DNA of 64,000 nt from Felis catus (lineage: Eukaryota), in contig NC_058368.1 of NCBI RefSeq assembly GCF_018350175.1, positions 110,486,001-110,550,000 of the forward strand, given 5' to 3'. Positions within the stretch are counted from its first letter, which is position 1. Each line of letters opens with the position of its first letter. Shown in pieces: positions 20,807-33,222 of the stretch. The notes under the pieces are model-generated. The model was not told the origin of the DNA. It ran no database searches and was given only the letters and a program-made list of their open reading frames with translations. Both the position numbers and the translations under genes were made by a program.

Positions 20807-23629
20807 CACAGCTGGGGAGGCACAGGGGGAAATGTTTATTTTCCCTAGGCAGGACTCGGAACAACCTGGATGAAGGAAGGCATCTACTGGGCATAAATGG
20901 AAAGACAAGTACCCCAGGTGCTCCTCCAGGCAGCTGTAACCTGAAGGAGCCCAGTCCTTATAGAAGCCATCTAGGTGGGGGCAGACACCCACGCTCAAGG
21001 CTGAGAGGCCTTTTGAAGGTTCTCCAGGAAACATTTCAGGTGTAGGCTGTCAATCACACTCTCGCTTCATGAATATGTATAAGTTTCATGGATATTCATG
21101 AGCATCCCATCAACCTAGCAACAAAAACAGGATTCCTTTTGTTGTTAAACAGCCTCTTAACATCAAGCAGCGTGGTGGGTCAGGAGAGGAGGCTGGCAAG
21201 AATGTGCACAACTCCTCTCTCTGTTCCTTGGTCTCCCAACAGGAAGATGGGGGCTAATATTTATTATTACAGCTAAAATGCACCATGCCTTCTGGGGGAG
21301 GCTGCTGTGTTCCAAATGCAAGCATGACCCACGAGTGCCACTCACCTCCCCACTCGCCTCCCCCTCCTGTATAGATGGAGACTGTGTTCAAATTGCACTT
21401 CTGTAAATAGAATTCTACTTCAGAGAGTTGTTCTTAAAACATTCTTTTATGACTGGCTTGTATGGGGTCAAGAGGGCTCCTCACACTTTAAATGGAGGAC
21501 AATCGCAATAATCAAAGAGGATGTTCTGCAAACAGAAGCTTAACCGAACAAGGCAATGTTCAAAATTTACAGAAGCTGGTCATGCTGCTTCTCTCCCTTG
21601 GAAGTGTGTTCCCTCTCTTTCCACTGGCTAACTGTCACCTCTGAAAGCCAGTGAGAATGCTCTGTAGCCAGGAAAGAGCTATAGACCCCTGGTCAGTTGA
21701 AGCAACACAGTGGAAACCAGAGGCCTTCAGTAAATAGGTGAAGAGGGAAAGAGGACCACAGGGCTGCCTCTTGATGCTTCCAGGGACACAGTGTCATGTC
21801 CTCTCATGGCAAAATCCAGACAAAACTAAGGAGGCATAGTCATACAGTGAGACAGCATCTGCTCACGTATGAGCCCATCTTGTCCCTTGATGGTAAGATG
21901 GTGTCTTTTTGTCATGCTCCAGATGGCACCTTCTGGGAGAAATGTTGCAGTCTCCACCCTGAATCCTGCTCACCCCCAGCTCCACCCCCAGACTTCCTGC
22001 ACTCAGCTTCTTCAAATACTGCATTCTCACCTCTGATTTCCCCACCCCCGCTTCTCCACCCACCAGACACTATGAACTCCTTGAAAGTAGGGGTTTCCCC
22101 ACCACACAGCCTCAAATATATCCTTGCCAGTTACACATTGAACTTCATTTTTAAGACATAAAATATGAAATCCTCAACTGAGATTTTATTTTTTAACACA
22201 GTCAAATATTTAACTCTTGTGTCAGATTTTAAACTTCTATAAATCTTTCCACTCCAAACTGGAACACAAGATTCTGCCATCTTTAAGGCTTAGCACATTT
22301 CCTGTAACACACCATGCAGTTTTCCTAAATAGCCAGGGTGCTGAGGGCACATGGGACCCACAGGACGAAATTCAGGGAAGATGGACAGAAGGAAGGAGCA
22401 CCTCCAGGACAGAACAGGCTCAAGTGGACTGAAGTCACATCACTTGATCTGGGATACACGTGGTGAAGTACAGTCTCCAGTCCTGATAATCCAAGCCAGT
22501 TAACTGCTACCAGACATGACTCTCATCATCTTGGCCTCAAAGCCATCCAGACTTGAGGGCCAGTGTGGGGCTGGGAACCAAGGAGAACACCTGCAGCTGG
22601 AAGACCAGATGTTAAGAGACCTCAGTGTAAACTTTGCAGTATTAAAAAAAATAAAATAAAAAACTAAAGAGAAAAGTTAAGCATGCTATGTTGGCTGGTA
22701 TCCTTCAGAGTGACTTTGAAAGCCTGATGGTGAAACAGAGCCTTCTGGAATTTTTTTCCCTCATGCCTCCTCCAAAGTCATTGAAAGAAGATGTCAAGGA
22801 AAAAGCTGGATCGGACTCAGCTGTCCTCTCTGTGCTTGTGCACTGGGGGGAAAAGACAGAGAGCCCGGAGCCTCAGGACAACTCAAACTTCATCAAAGGC
22901 AAGTCTGCCCTTCACTCCTTAGCCTCCCCCCATCCCATGCACATGAAACCTAACAGAACCTGGAAAATGGAATGGAAAAAGTGAATTCAGTGAAACCACC
23001 AGAACTATTTGGTCTGCAGGAGGCATAGTAACTTGGCTCTCAGTCTGCTGGTCAAGAGCATTCGTTTAGAATGGGTGGCATCAGTGCAAGTACAAAGATC
23101 GGAGGCAAGAAAGACCATTTCTTAGCAGAATGTAAAGCAGCCTGGAAGGGTAATGTGGGTACTGCTGTCAGTGTTGGGGGATGAGGGGAGGGAGGGCAGG
23201 AGTGTTTCTTGCTAACCACAGGTGCTGTTTGGTGGGTTCCAACAACCCCTCCTGGGTCTGCATTCTGCTTTCAGTAGAATTTGTCTGAACAAGATCTGGG
23301 GTTTTACAAGCTCAAAGTAACAATGCCCACCCCTAAGTCAGGGTGACCCCAAAACACTTTTATTTTTAAAAATACTATAAAAAATAAATCCCAAACTACC
23401 GTATAGCCAGATGAGACCCAATCGTAGCCCAGGAAAAGATGGGAGAAGGAGCCTGAGAACTCTACTCCCCGTGGACATTCTGTGACAGTTAAGAGCTAAG
23501 CACGGGAAGCATTAGCCTCTTCTCTCCCTTCCTTCCCATATAGAGCTGCCTGCAACATGGAAGGTAGGGCTCACTGCTATGTATAAGGGTCTTCCCAGGC
23601 CTGACAGTCCAGACCTAGAGGGCACCACT

Positions 23630-23830
23630 GGTTTCCACTCATAGACATTAATGGAGCACCTGTTATTTGCCAAACACAGTGGTAGGGTCTGGGCATACCA
23701 TGATGCACACAGGCTGGGGTGCCCTCATGGCAGTCTGGCTGGAATGGTGATAGAGACATTCTATAAATAATTACACAAAAAATCTCAATACACTCACAGT
23801 TGTGACAGGTGCTATAAAGGGTGCCATGTG
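23630..23830 (-). mobile_element. L2 fragment
   Basis: 'cattaatggagcacctgttatttgccaaacacagtggtagggtctggg...ccctcatgg...aaataattacaca' matches the L2 3' end in reverse. Confidence 0.6.
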
Positions 23831-24394
23831 TGGTCACTTTCCCTCCACAGAGCCAATTCTTGAGAGCAAAGAGAGCATGGGAATCACACCTCAGGCCTTC
23901 GTCTATACAGAGCTGACCGTGCAGGGCTTCTGGTTCCCAAGGATCTGAATCCTGGAACCACCTGACACCTGAGGCCATCATCCTCTCCCACAGAGGACAC
24001 CTGGCGGTTGGTCCAGAACTTCAAGGCTAATCAGATCCTGTGGCCAACCTGGAACAACCTGTTTGATACCTTGTCTCCAGCCCTACAGATCTCTCCTAGA
24101 CATGATGGCTACAATACTTGCATTTCAAAAATTCTCTTACCTTTCCCATTGCCCCATGCCAGATTAATCAGCCTCAAATACCACCTTTATGTCATCATTC
24201 CACTCCTCAAAAGTGCTACAGCATTTCTACACAGGTACCAACCTATCCAGCCATATTTCCCTTACACACCCACATAAAACCACTACTTTTGGAAAAAAAG
24301 ATGTTAATGAGCTCTGATATAGGCACTTACCAACTTGTCTCATTTACCTAAATTAGACCTCTTCATAAGTCCCTTTTCTCCCCATCCCTCCTAC

Positions 24395-24441
24395 CCACAC
24401 ACCCACCCACACACACCCACACACACACACCCACACACACA
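24395..24441. repeat. (CA)n/(CCCA) microsatellite
   Basis: Direct reading. Confidence 0.9.
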
Positions 24442-24498
24442 CGCCATGTTGACTCCTGCCTCTAATTTTGGTTTCCTACCTACGAGGCCCTCTCCAAT

Positions 24499-24719
24499 TT
24501 TTTTTTAAATTTTTTGAATGTTTATTTATTTTTGAGAGAGAGAGAGAGAACATGGGCAAGGGAGAGGCAGAGAGAGAGAGGGAGACACAGAATGCAGATC
24601 AGGCTCCAGACTCTGAGCTGTCAGCACAGAGCCTGACATAGGGCTTGAACTCACAAACCGCGTGATCATGACATGAGCTGAAGTTGGATGCTTAACGGAC
24701 TAAGCCACCCAGGTGCCCT
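24499..24719 (-). mobile_element. Can-SINE (SINEC_Fc2-like)
   Basis: TSD gaggccctctccaat (24484-24498) / gaggccctttccaat (24720-24734). Confidence 0.95.
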
Positions 24720-25129
24720 GAGGCCCTTTCCAATCTTAAACCTCCCTGCCCTTCAAGGCTTATTCAGGGCTTGCCTCTTCCATGAAGCTTTCCTATACTG
24801 GTCTCAAAAAGGGAGACCTGGCTGAAATCCTATCCTGAACAAAAGCTGTTTCCACAGCATCTGAAGAGCACCCTGGGATGCAGAGACCGTAAAAGAGCTG
24901 CCTGTGGCATCCCCACAGCAATGGCCTCTTCTCCGCCCAAGAATAGGCTTCCCTAGGAACTCCTCAAACACACATATCAAAGGGCCAGAACCTGAGAGCT
25001 CATACCTGGAGACAACATGACAGAGGCTTTGGCTTCTGCACCTTTAATCAAATTTGCCTTCCTTTGTGTGTTTGTACCTCTTCCCCTGCTCCACCTCTAT
25101 GTGCTCCACCAGACCCTGGGGATCCTGAC

Positions 25130-26190
25130 CAGATCTGTGCCTTTAAATGCAGGTACCCATGGCACCATGTTCCGTATCACAGGCCCAGAACTTCCCCTGA
25201 GCTCTACCCAGGGTCACAGACCAAAGATCCTCCTCAGCATGTCCACAAAGAACATCTAAAGCAATCTTTATCTTGACATGTCTGAAAGTGCATTCCTGAT
25301 CCTCTCTTAATTCCCACCTTTTGCAAAACTCATCCCTTCTGAGGCTCCTTTACTTCAGTAGAGATAGAGAAGGATGCCACCATCCATCTAAACAGTGGCT
25401 CAGGAAAAAAATCTAAGCATCAGCCATGATGTCTCTCTTTCCCTCACCTTCCATAGTCAAACAATTGGCTGCTCCAGGCAGCTCTACGTCCAAAATAACT
25501 CTTGAATCCAACCCACCTCCTTCCACCTCCACTGCATCATTTGGTTCACTCACTAGCATGTCTTGCCTGGAAACACCTCCTCCACTGTTCTTCGTTCTTC
25601 CAAGCATGTCTATCGTCCATCCTCAAAAAAGGAGCCAGAGTGATGGTCTCAACACCCTACCTGAAATCCTCCAGAGGCTCCCAGAGTCTCTTACACTAAA
25701 CCCCAAATGACTTCATGTGGCCACAGGCCCTATGCGATCTGTCCCTGATACTTCTTCAGCCTCAGTTTCTATCACACCGCTCCTGGTTAGTCTCCCAGTC
25801 CTCAAACACACCAAGCTAGGTCAAGTCTTGGGGCCTTTTCACTAGCTGATTCTTCTGCCAAGAGCATTCAGCCTTCACATCTCCATGTGATGGGCTCCTC
25901 CTTGTCACTGAGATCTCAACTTGGAAGACACACCCTCAGATCACCCAACTTAAAATAGCTCTCCACATCCCCCTCCATAATTTTTTACTCAATGTCCATG
26001 TTTTATCCTACCTCCAGGCAGCTATAACTCCCTAAAGGCATCTTATTCATTTACTTAGGTACTTGGCTTATTATCTGGTCTCACCACTGGAGTGTAAGAT
26101 CCAAGAGGGCTGAAGCTTATCCACTATGTTCACCGCTGCATCCCAGCGCCCAAGACAGTAACTTGCACTTAGCAAAAGCTTAATAGAGGT
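25130..26190 (+). mobile_element. L2 LINE 3' fragment
   Basis: 'ccaccatccatct', 'ccacctccactgc', 'gagtgtaagatccaagagggc...tgttcaccgctgcatcccagcgcccaagacagt'. Confidence 0.8.
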
Positions 26191-26552
26191 CTTTTGGATA
26201 TTTTCTGGACTCTGTGGCATGATCACAAGGCTGGGTCTTGCAAGGTAATACCTCTGATCTGAACAAAGGGAAAGCACAAGCTGGGCTGGGGCTTCCAGAA
26301 AAAAATTGATGGACGATGCTTCCCCATGGGCCATCTCATCAACCTTTTGGGCACTGGCCTTCCAGGAAGAGTAGACTCTTCATGAGCAAAGGAGAGGCCA
26401 AATCAGCTAGGGAGAATCTCAACCACAGAGCCATCCCCACCTCTGGGAGAAGTCATCAGCCTCCTGTCCGACAGGGAGACAGCTCACTTCCACACTATCC
26501 AAGAGGAACATAATACAAGCCCAAATGGAGCCAAAGAGGTAAGTGAATTGTC

Positions 26553-26781
26553 CGGTGGCCATATTTTAAAAAGGAAAAAAGAAAAATGTGAAATTTTAAT
26601 AATGTAGCTTATGTAACCTAATCTATCAAATTATCATTTGAATCAATATGAAAAATTAATCGGCTATTTCACATATTTTCTTTCTATCAAGTCTTCAAAC
26701 TCAAGGATATATTTTACACTTACAGAACATCTCAATTTGGACTAGCCAAATCTCAAGTGCCATTGTATTGGACAGTGTAGG
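26553..26781 (+). mobile_element. MER33-like hAT-Charlie MITE (partial)
   Basis: 'tattttacacttacagaacatctcaatttggactagcc...gtattggacagtg' matches the recalled MER33 3' half. Confidence 0.8.
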
Positions 26782-27881
26782 TCTAGAATAACCTAGCTTC
26801 ACCTGCAGTAGACTGAGAAAAGCATTATGTCAAATCTGGAATGCATTTTGTTCTCAAGTGTCGAATCTTTTAACATGATGGTTTTCCTGCATTAGATTAA
26901 AACATAGAGTCTGCATTGATTTTTATTTCTTTTCCCTCAATTTCTGTGACAGACCCTTTGCAGCGCCTTGACTTTTCTGCATGTATAGGAGTCACCCCAT
27001 GTCTGCCAAAAAACAGAAGCAGCATTTCCCCTATGACGTTGTTATCAGGCTCCTGTATTCCCGGCTCCAGGCCCACCAAGAGACTATCACAGTTTATTAA
27101 CTGACTTTAATAGGGATCTGTTTCTAATAGCAGAATTAATGAGTCTTATAAACCAGTTGCAAAGGGAGAGAACAATTCCAAAGAGAGAAGAGGCTTATTT
27201 GGAAATCTGAGGGTATGCCAGAATCGCACACCTTCACATTAACAGTTCCTATCCCTGGATCATCAAAATCTCCTACAACAAGCTTTTTGTCCTGGGGTAA
27301 ACACCCAACAACAGAGAGTGTGAAACTAGGGGGTGTCACCAGCAAGGACAGAGACAGCCTGCTGAAGTGAGGACATACAACCTGGACACTAATATTCCTC
27401 ATGTTTGTCTCTTAGAGTGAGCCCAGTGGGAGAAGAGAAAGAAATTCAACTGGATTTAATACAGTGAGTGTTTCGTGAGGCCGGCCGGGTCTTAGGACAA
27501 GGCTCAGGGACAGAAAGGAGCAAGCGGGAGCACAGACAAGATGTGCATCCTCCCCTTGGAGATCGTAAGGAAGCCACACTTGATTTTAACATTTTTTTAA
27601 ATACAATTTACTGTCAGGTTAGCTAACATACAGTATATATGATGTGCTTGTGGCTTCAGGAGTAGATTTAGGAGTAGATTCATTGCTTATATACAACACC
27701 CAGGGCTCATCCCAACAAGTGCCCTCTCCAATGCCCATCACCCATTTTCCCCTCTCCACCCCCCCCCCAACATCAACCCTCAGTTTGTTCTCTGTATTTA
27801 AAAGTCTCTTATGGTTTGCCTCCCTCTCTGTTTGAAAATATTTTTCCCCTTCCCTTCCCCCATGGTCTTCTGTTAAGTTTC

Positions 27882-30800
27882 TCAAATTCCACATATGAGT
27901 GAAAACATATTGTATCTGTCTTTCTCTGACTGACTTATTTCACTTAGCATAATACTCTCCAGTTCCATCCATGTTGTTGCAAATGGAAAGACTTCATTCT
28001 TTCTCATTGCCAAGTAGTATTCCATTGTATATATAAACCACATATTCTTTATCCATTCATCAGATGATGGACATTTAAGCTCTTTCCATAATTTGACTAT
28101 TGTTGAGAGCACTGCTATAAACATTGGGGTACATGTGTCCCTATGAATCAGCATTCTTATATCCTTCAGATAAATTCCTAGTAGTGCTACTGCTGAGTCA
28201 TAGGGTAATTCTATTATTGATTTTTGAGGACTTCTACACTGTTTTCTAGAGCAGCTATGCCAGTTTGCATTCCCACCAACAGTGCAGGAGGGCTCCCCTT
28301 TCTCCACATCCTCACCTATATCTGTTTTTGCCTGAGTTATTCATTTTAGCCACTCTGAACAGTGCAAGGTGATATTTCAATGTAGTTTTGATTTGTATTT
28401 CCCTGATGATGAGCGATGTTGAGCATCTTTTCACGTGTCTATTGGCCATGTGATGTTTTCTTTAGGGAACTGTATATTCATGTCTTCTGCCCATTTCTTC
28501 ACTGGATTATTTGTTTTTTGGGTGTGGAGTTTGGTAAGTTTTTATAAATTTTGGATACTAACCCTTTATCCAATACGTCATTTGCAAATATCTTCTACTA
28601 GTCCGTCGGTTGCCTTTAAGTTTTGTTGATTGTTTCTTTTGCTGTGCAGAAGATTTTATCTTGATGAGGTCCCAATAGTTTATTTTTCCTTTTGTTTCCC
28701 TTGCCTCCGGAGACATGTTGAGTAAAAAGTTGCTGCAGCTGAGGTCAAAGAGGTTGTTGCCTCTTTTCTCATCTAGGGTTTTCATGGTTTCCTGTCTCAC
28801 ATTTAGGTCTTTCATCCATTTTGAATTTATTTTTGTGTATGATGTAAGAAAGTGGTCCAGTTTCATTCTTCTGCATGTTGCTGTCCAGTTCTCCCAGCAC
28901 CATTTGCTAAAGAGACTCTCTTTCTTCCATTGGATATTCTTACCTGCTTTGTCAAGGATTAGTTGGCCATACATTTTGTGGGTACAATTCTGAGTTCTCT
29001 ATTCTATTCCATTGGTCCATGTGTCTGTTTTTGTGCCAATACCATACTGTCTTGATGATTACAGCTTTGTAATAGAGGCTAAAGTCCATAACTGTGATGT
29101 CTCCCACTTAGGTTTTCTTTTTCAATATTATATTGGCTATTCAAGGTCTTTTGTGGTTCCATACAAATTTTAGGATTGTTTGTTCTAGCTCTGAGAAGAA
29201 TGCCAGTGCAATTTTGATTGGGATTGCATTGAATGTATAGATTGCTGTGTGTAGTATTGACATTTTAACAGCATTTGTTCTTCCAATCCATGAGCATGGA
29301 ATGTTTTTCCATGTCTTTGTGTCTTCTTCAATATCATTCCTAAGTTTTCTATAGTTTTCAGCATACAAATCTTTTACATCTTTGATTAGATTTATTCCTA
29401 GGTATATATTCTTATGGTTCTTGGTGCAATTGTATATGGGATCAATTTCTCAATTTCTCTTTCTGTTGCTTCATTATTGGTGTATAGAAATCCAACTGAT
29501 TTTTGTACATTGATTTTATATCCTGCATCTTTGCTGAATTCATGTATCAGTTCTAGAAGCTTTTTGTTGGAAGCTTTTGGGTTTTCCATGTAAAGTATCA
29601 TGCCATCTGCAAAAAGTGAAAGTTTCACTTCTTCTTTGCCAATTTGGATGCGTTTTATTTCATTCTGTTGTCTGACTGCTGAGGCCAAGACTTCCAACAC
29701 TATGTTAAACAACAGTGGTAAGAATGGACATCCCTGTCACGTTCCTGATCTCGGGGGAAAGCTCTCAGTTTTCCCCTACTGAGGATGATATTAGCTGTGG
29801 GTATGTTCCTTCTATCACAACTTTCTTAAAAGTTTGTATTAAGAAAGGATGCTGTATTTTGTCAAATGCTTTTTCTGCATTGAGTGACAGGATCATACGG
29901 TTCTTATCCTTTCTTCTATTAACGTGATGTATCACATTGATTGATTTGTCAATATTGAATCATCCCTGCAGCCCGGGAATGAATCTCATTTGATCATGGT
30001 GAATAATTCTTTTAATATACTTGTTGAGAATTTGTGTATCCATGTTCATAAGGGATATTGGTCTGTAATTCTCCTTTTTAGTGGGGTCTTTGGTTTGGGA
30101 CTCAAGGTAATGCTCACTTCATAGAATGAGTCCAGAAGGTTTCCTTCCGTTTCTATGTTTTGGAACAGTTTGAGAGGAATAGGTATTAACTCTGCTTTAG
30201 ATGTCTGGTAGAATTCCCCTGGGAAGCCATCTGGCCCAGGACTCTTATATGTTGGGAGACTTTTGATAACTGATTCAACTTCTTCACTGGTTACAGGTCT
30301 GTTCAAATTTTCTATTTCTTCCCATTTGAGTTTTTGTAGTGTGTGGATGTCTAGCAATTTGTCCATTTCTTTCAGGTTGTCCAGTTTGTTGGCATATAAT
30401 TTTTCACAGTATTCTCTAATAATTGCTTATATTTCTGTGGTGTTGGTTGTGATCTCTCCTCTTTCATTCATGATTTTATCTATTTGCATTCTCTCTACTT
30501 TCTTTTTAAGTCTGGCTATGAATTTTGTTCATTCTTTCAAAATCCCAGCTCCTAGATTCATTGATCTGGGGTTTTTTTTAATTCTATGTTGTTTATTTCT
30601 GCTCTAATCTTTATTATTTCTCTTTTTCTTCTTTGGGCTTTCTTTGCTGTTCTGCTTCTAGTTCCTTTAGGTATGAGGTTAGGTTTTGTATTTTAGATTT
30701 TTCTTATTTCTTGAGATAGGCCTGGATTGCAATGCATTTTCCTGTTAGAACTGCCTTTGCCACATCCAAAAGGGTTTGGACTGTCGTGTTTTCATTTTCA

Positions 30801-31629
30801 TTTGCTTCCATATATTTTTTAATTTCTTCTTTAAGTGCCTGGTTGACCCATTCATTCTTTAGTAGGATGTTCTTTAACATCCCTGCATTTAGAGGCTTTC
30901 TAAATTTTTTCTTGTGGTTGATTTCAAGTTTCATAGCATTGTGATCTGAAAATATGCATGGTATGATCTCAATTCTTTTATATTTATTGAGGGCTGTTTT
31001 GTGATCCAGTATGTGATCTATCTTGGAGAATGCTCCATGTGCACTCGAGAAGAATGTGTATTCTACTGCTTTTGAATGAAAAGTTCTGAATATATCTGTC
31101 AAATCCATCTGGTCCAGTGTATCAATGGCCATTCAAGGTCATTGTTTCTTTACTGATTTTCTGTCTAGATAATCTGCCCATTTCTGTAAGTGGAGTATTA
31201 AAGTCCCCTGCAATTACCATATTCTTATCAATATGATTGCTCATATTTGTGATTAAGTGATTTATATATTTAGGTGTTTCAAGTTGGGGGCATAAACATT
31301 TACAATTGTTAACTTTTTCTTGATGGATAGACCCCATTGATTATGATATAATGCCCTTCTTCATCTCTTGATACAGCCTTTAGTTTAAAATCCAGTTTGT
31401 CTGATATGTATGGCTACTTCAGCTTTCATTTGACTTCCAATAGAATGACAGATGGTTCTCCAACCCCTCACTTTCAATCTGAAGGTGTCCTCAAGTCTAA
31501 AATGAGTCTCCTGTAGATAGCATATAGATGGATCTTTTTTATCCATTCTGATACTCTATGTCTTTTGATTGGAGCATTTAGTCCATTTACATTCAGAGTG
31601 ATTACTGAAAGATATAGATTTAGTGTCAT
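27882..31629 (-). pseudogene. L1 ORF2 (endonuclease/reverse transcriptase), fragmented
   Basis: Fragments: EN start 'MTLNLYLSVITLNVNGLNAPIKRHRV', 'FSKIDHIL', 'FSDHNAMKLEI', '[14 protein letters not shown]', RT '[11 protein letters not shown]', '[11 protein letters not shown]', C-terminal 'MWFIYTMEYY...MFSLICGI*'; many stops and frameshifts. Confidence 0.95.
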
Positions 31630-31697
31630 TGTGTTATTTGTAGGTTTCATGCTTGTGTTAATGTCTCTGGTTCTTTGTAGTCTTTGCAGCATTCCAC

Positions 31698-32595
31698 TCA
31701 CAGAGTCCCCCTTAGGATCTCTTGCAGGGCTGGTTTAATGGTCATGAACTTCTTCAGTTTTTGTCTGGGAAAGTCCTTATCTCTCCTTCTATTCTGAATG
31801 ACAGCCTTGCTGAACAAAGGATTTTTGGATGCATATTTTTCCTATTCAGCACATTGAATATTTCCTGCAACTCCCTTCTGGGCTGCCAAATTTCAGTGGA
31901 CAAGTCTTCTACTACCCTTATGTGTCTACCCTTGTAGGTTAAGGCCCGTGTGTCCCTAGCTGCTTTCAGAATTCTCTCTTTATCTTAGTATTTTGCCAGT
32001 TTCACTACAATATGCCGTAATGAAGACCTATTCTGACTGAATCTGAAGGGACTTCTCTGTGCCTCCTGGATTTTTATTTCTGCTTCCTTCCCCAGATTAG
32101 GGAAGTTCCCAGCTATAATTTGTTCTAGTAAACCTTTTGTCCCTTTCTCTCTCTTCTTCTTCTTCTTCTTCTTCTGGAACTCCTATAATATGGGCATTAT
32201 TATGTTTCATTGAATCACTTAGTTCTCTAATTCTCCCCCTCGTAGTCTAGTATTTTCTTATCTCTCTTTTTCTTGTCTTCATCATTTTCCATAATTTTAT
32301 CTTCTATTTCACTTAGTCTCCCCTCTGCTTCCTCCTTCCTTCCTGTCACTGCATCTAGTTTACTTTGTACCCCATTTACAACATTTCTTAATTTGTCGTG
32401 ACTATTTCTTAGTTCTTTGATCTCTAGCAATAGATTCTCTGCTGTCTTCTATGCTTTTTTCAAGCCCAGCTATTAATCTTATGACTATTATTCTAAATTC
32501 TTGATCAGATATATTGTTTATATCTATTTTGAGCAGTTCTCTATCTGTCATTTCTTCCTGGAATTTCTTTTGAGGAAAATCTTCTGTTTCATCAT
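31698..32595 (-). pseudogene. L1 ORF1 (RNA-binding protein), fragmented
   Basis: ATG at 32595; coiled-coil piece 'LRNVVNGVQSKLDAVTGRKEEAEGRLSEIEDK'; C-terminus 'PALQEILRGTL*' with stop at 31698-31700. Confidence 0.88.
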
Positions 32596-33120
32596 TTTGG
32601 CTAGTTTCCTGTCCTTTACATGTTTTAATAGCTTGTAATATGTAATTAATATGTGTCCTGCACCTGTGAGCACTACTATATTAAAAAGGGTCATACCTTG
32701 TCCAGGGCCTAGTCCTTCGGGAGGTGTTTTTGGAGTGTGTTGCATGCTCTCTGTTGTTGCAACTCTGGTTGTTTTATCTCCCCATTTGTAGTGGTGGTTT
32801 GGACCTTCCACCAGGTATGCTTTGATTTGTTCATTGAAATAACCGTAGAAAAAATTTAAAAAGGGGGTGGTGGTGGTGGTGGAAGGAGACTCATCCCATA
32901 CAAAAAGAGAAATTACAGGGGCAGGGGAAAAGAAAAGAAAAAAAAAGAAATTGACCAGGCAGAGAATCAAAGAAACTATATGGCTTAATCCAGAGACAGA
33001 GAGTAAAATAAAGAGAAGGACATACAGAAGAGGTACAAAAAGAACAGACTTAAATGTCTGCTAAACAAACCAACAAACAGAATAGAGAAGGGAAGAAATA
33101 AGAGGAAGAAAAGAAAGAAA

Positions 33121-33125
<5 letters not shown>

Positions 33126-33167
<42 letters not shown>

Positions 33168-33222
33168 TACACATATATACACAAATATACATATATATAT
33201 GTACATATATACATATATATAT
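33126..33222. repeat. (TA)n/(TACA) microsatellite inside the L1 5' UTR
   Basis: Direct reading. Confidence 0.93.

Noticed and set aside
22600..22680. A-rich tract after 'attaaa', a possible tiny retro-insertion
   Set aside because: No convincing TSD and no recognisable upstream body.
23340..23445. 'agggtgacc' start resembling a hAT-Blackjack terminal repeat
   Set aside because: No matching second end found; too degenerate to call.
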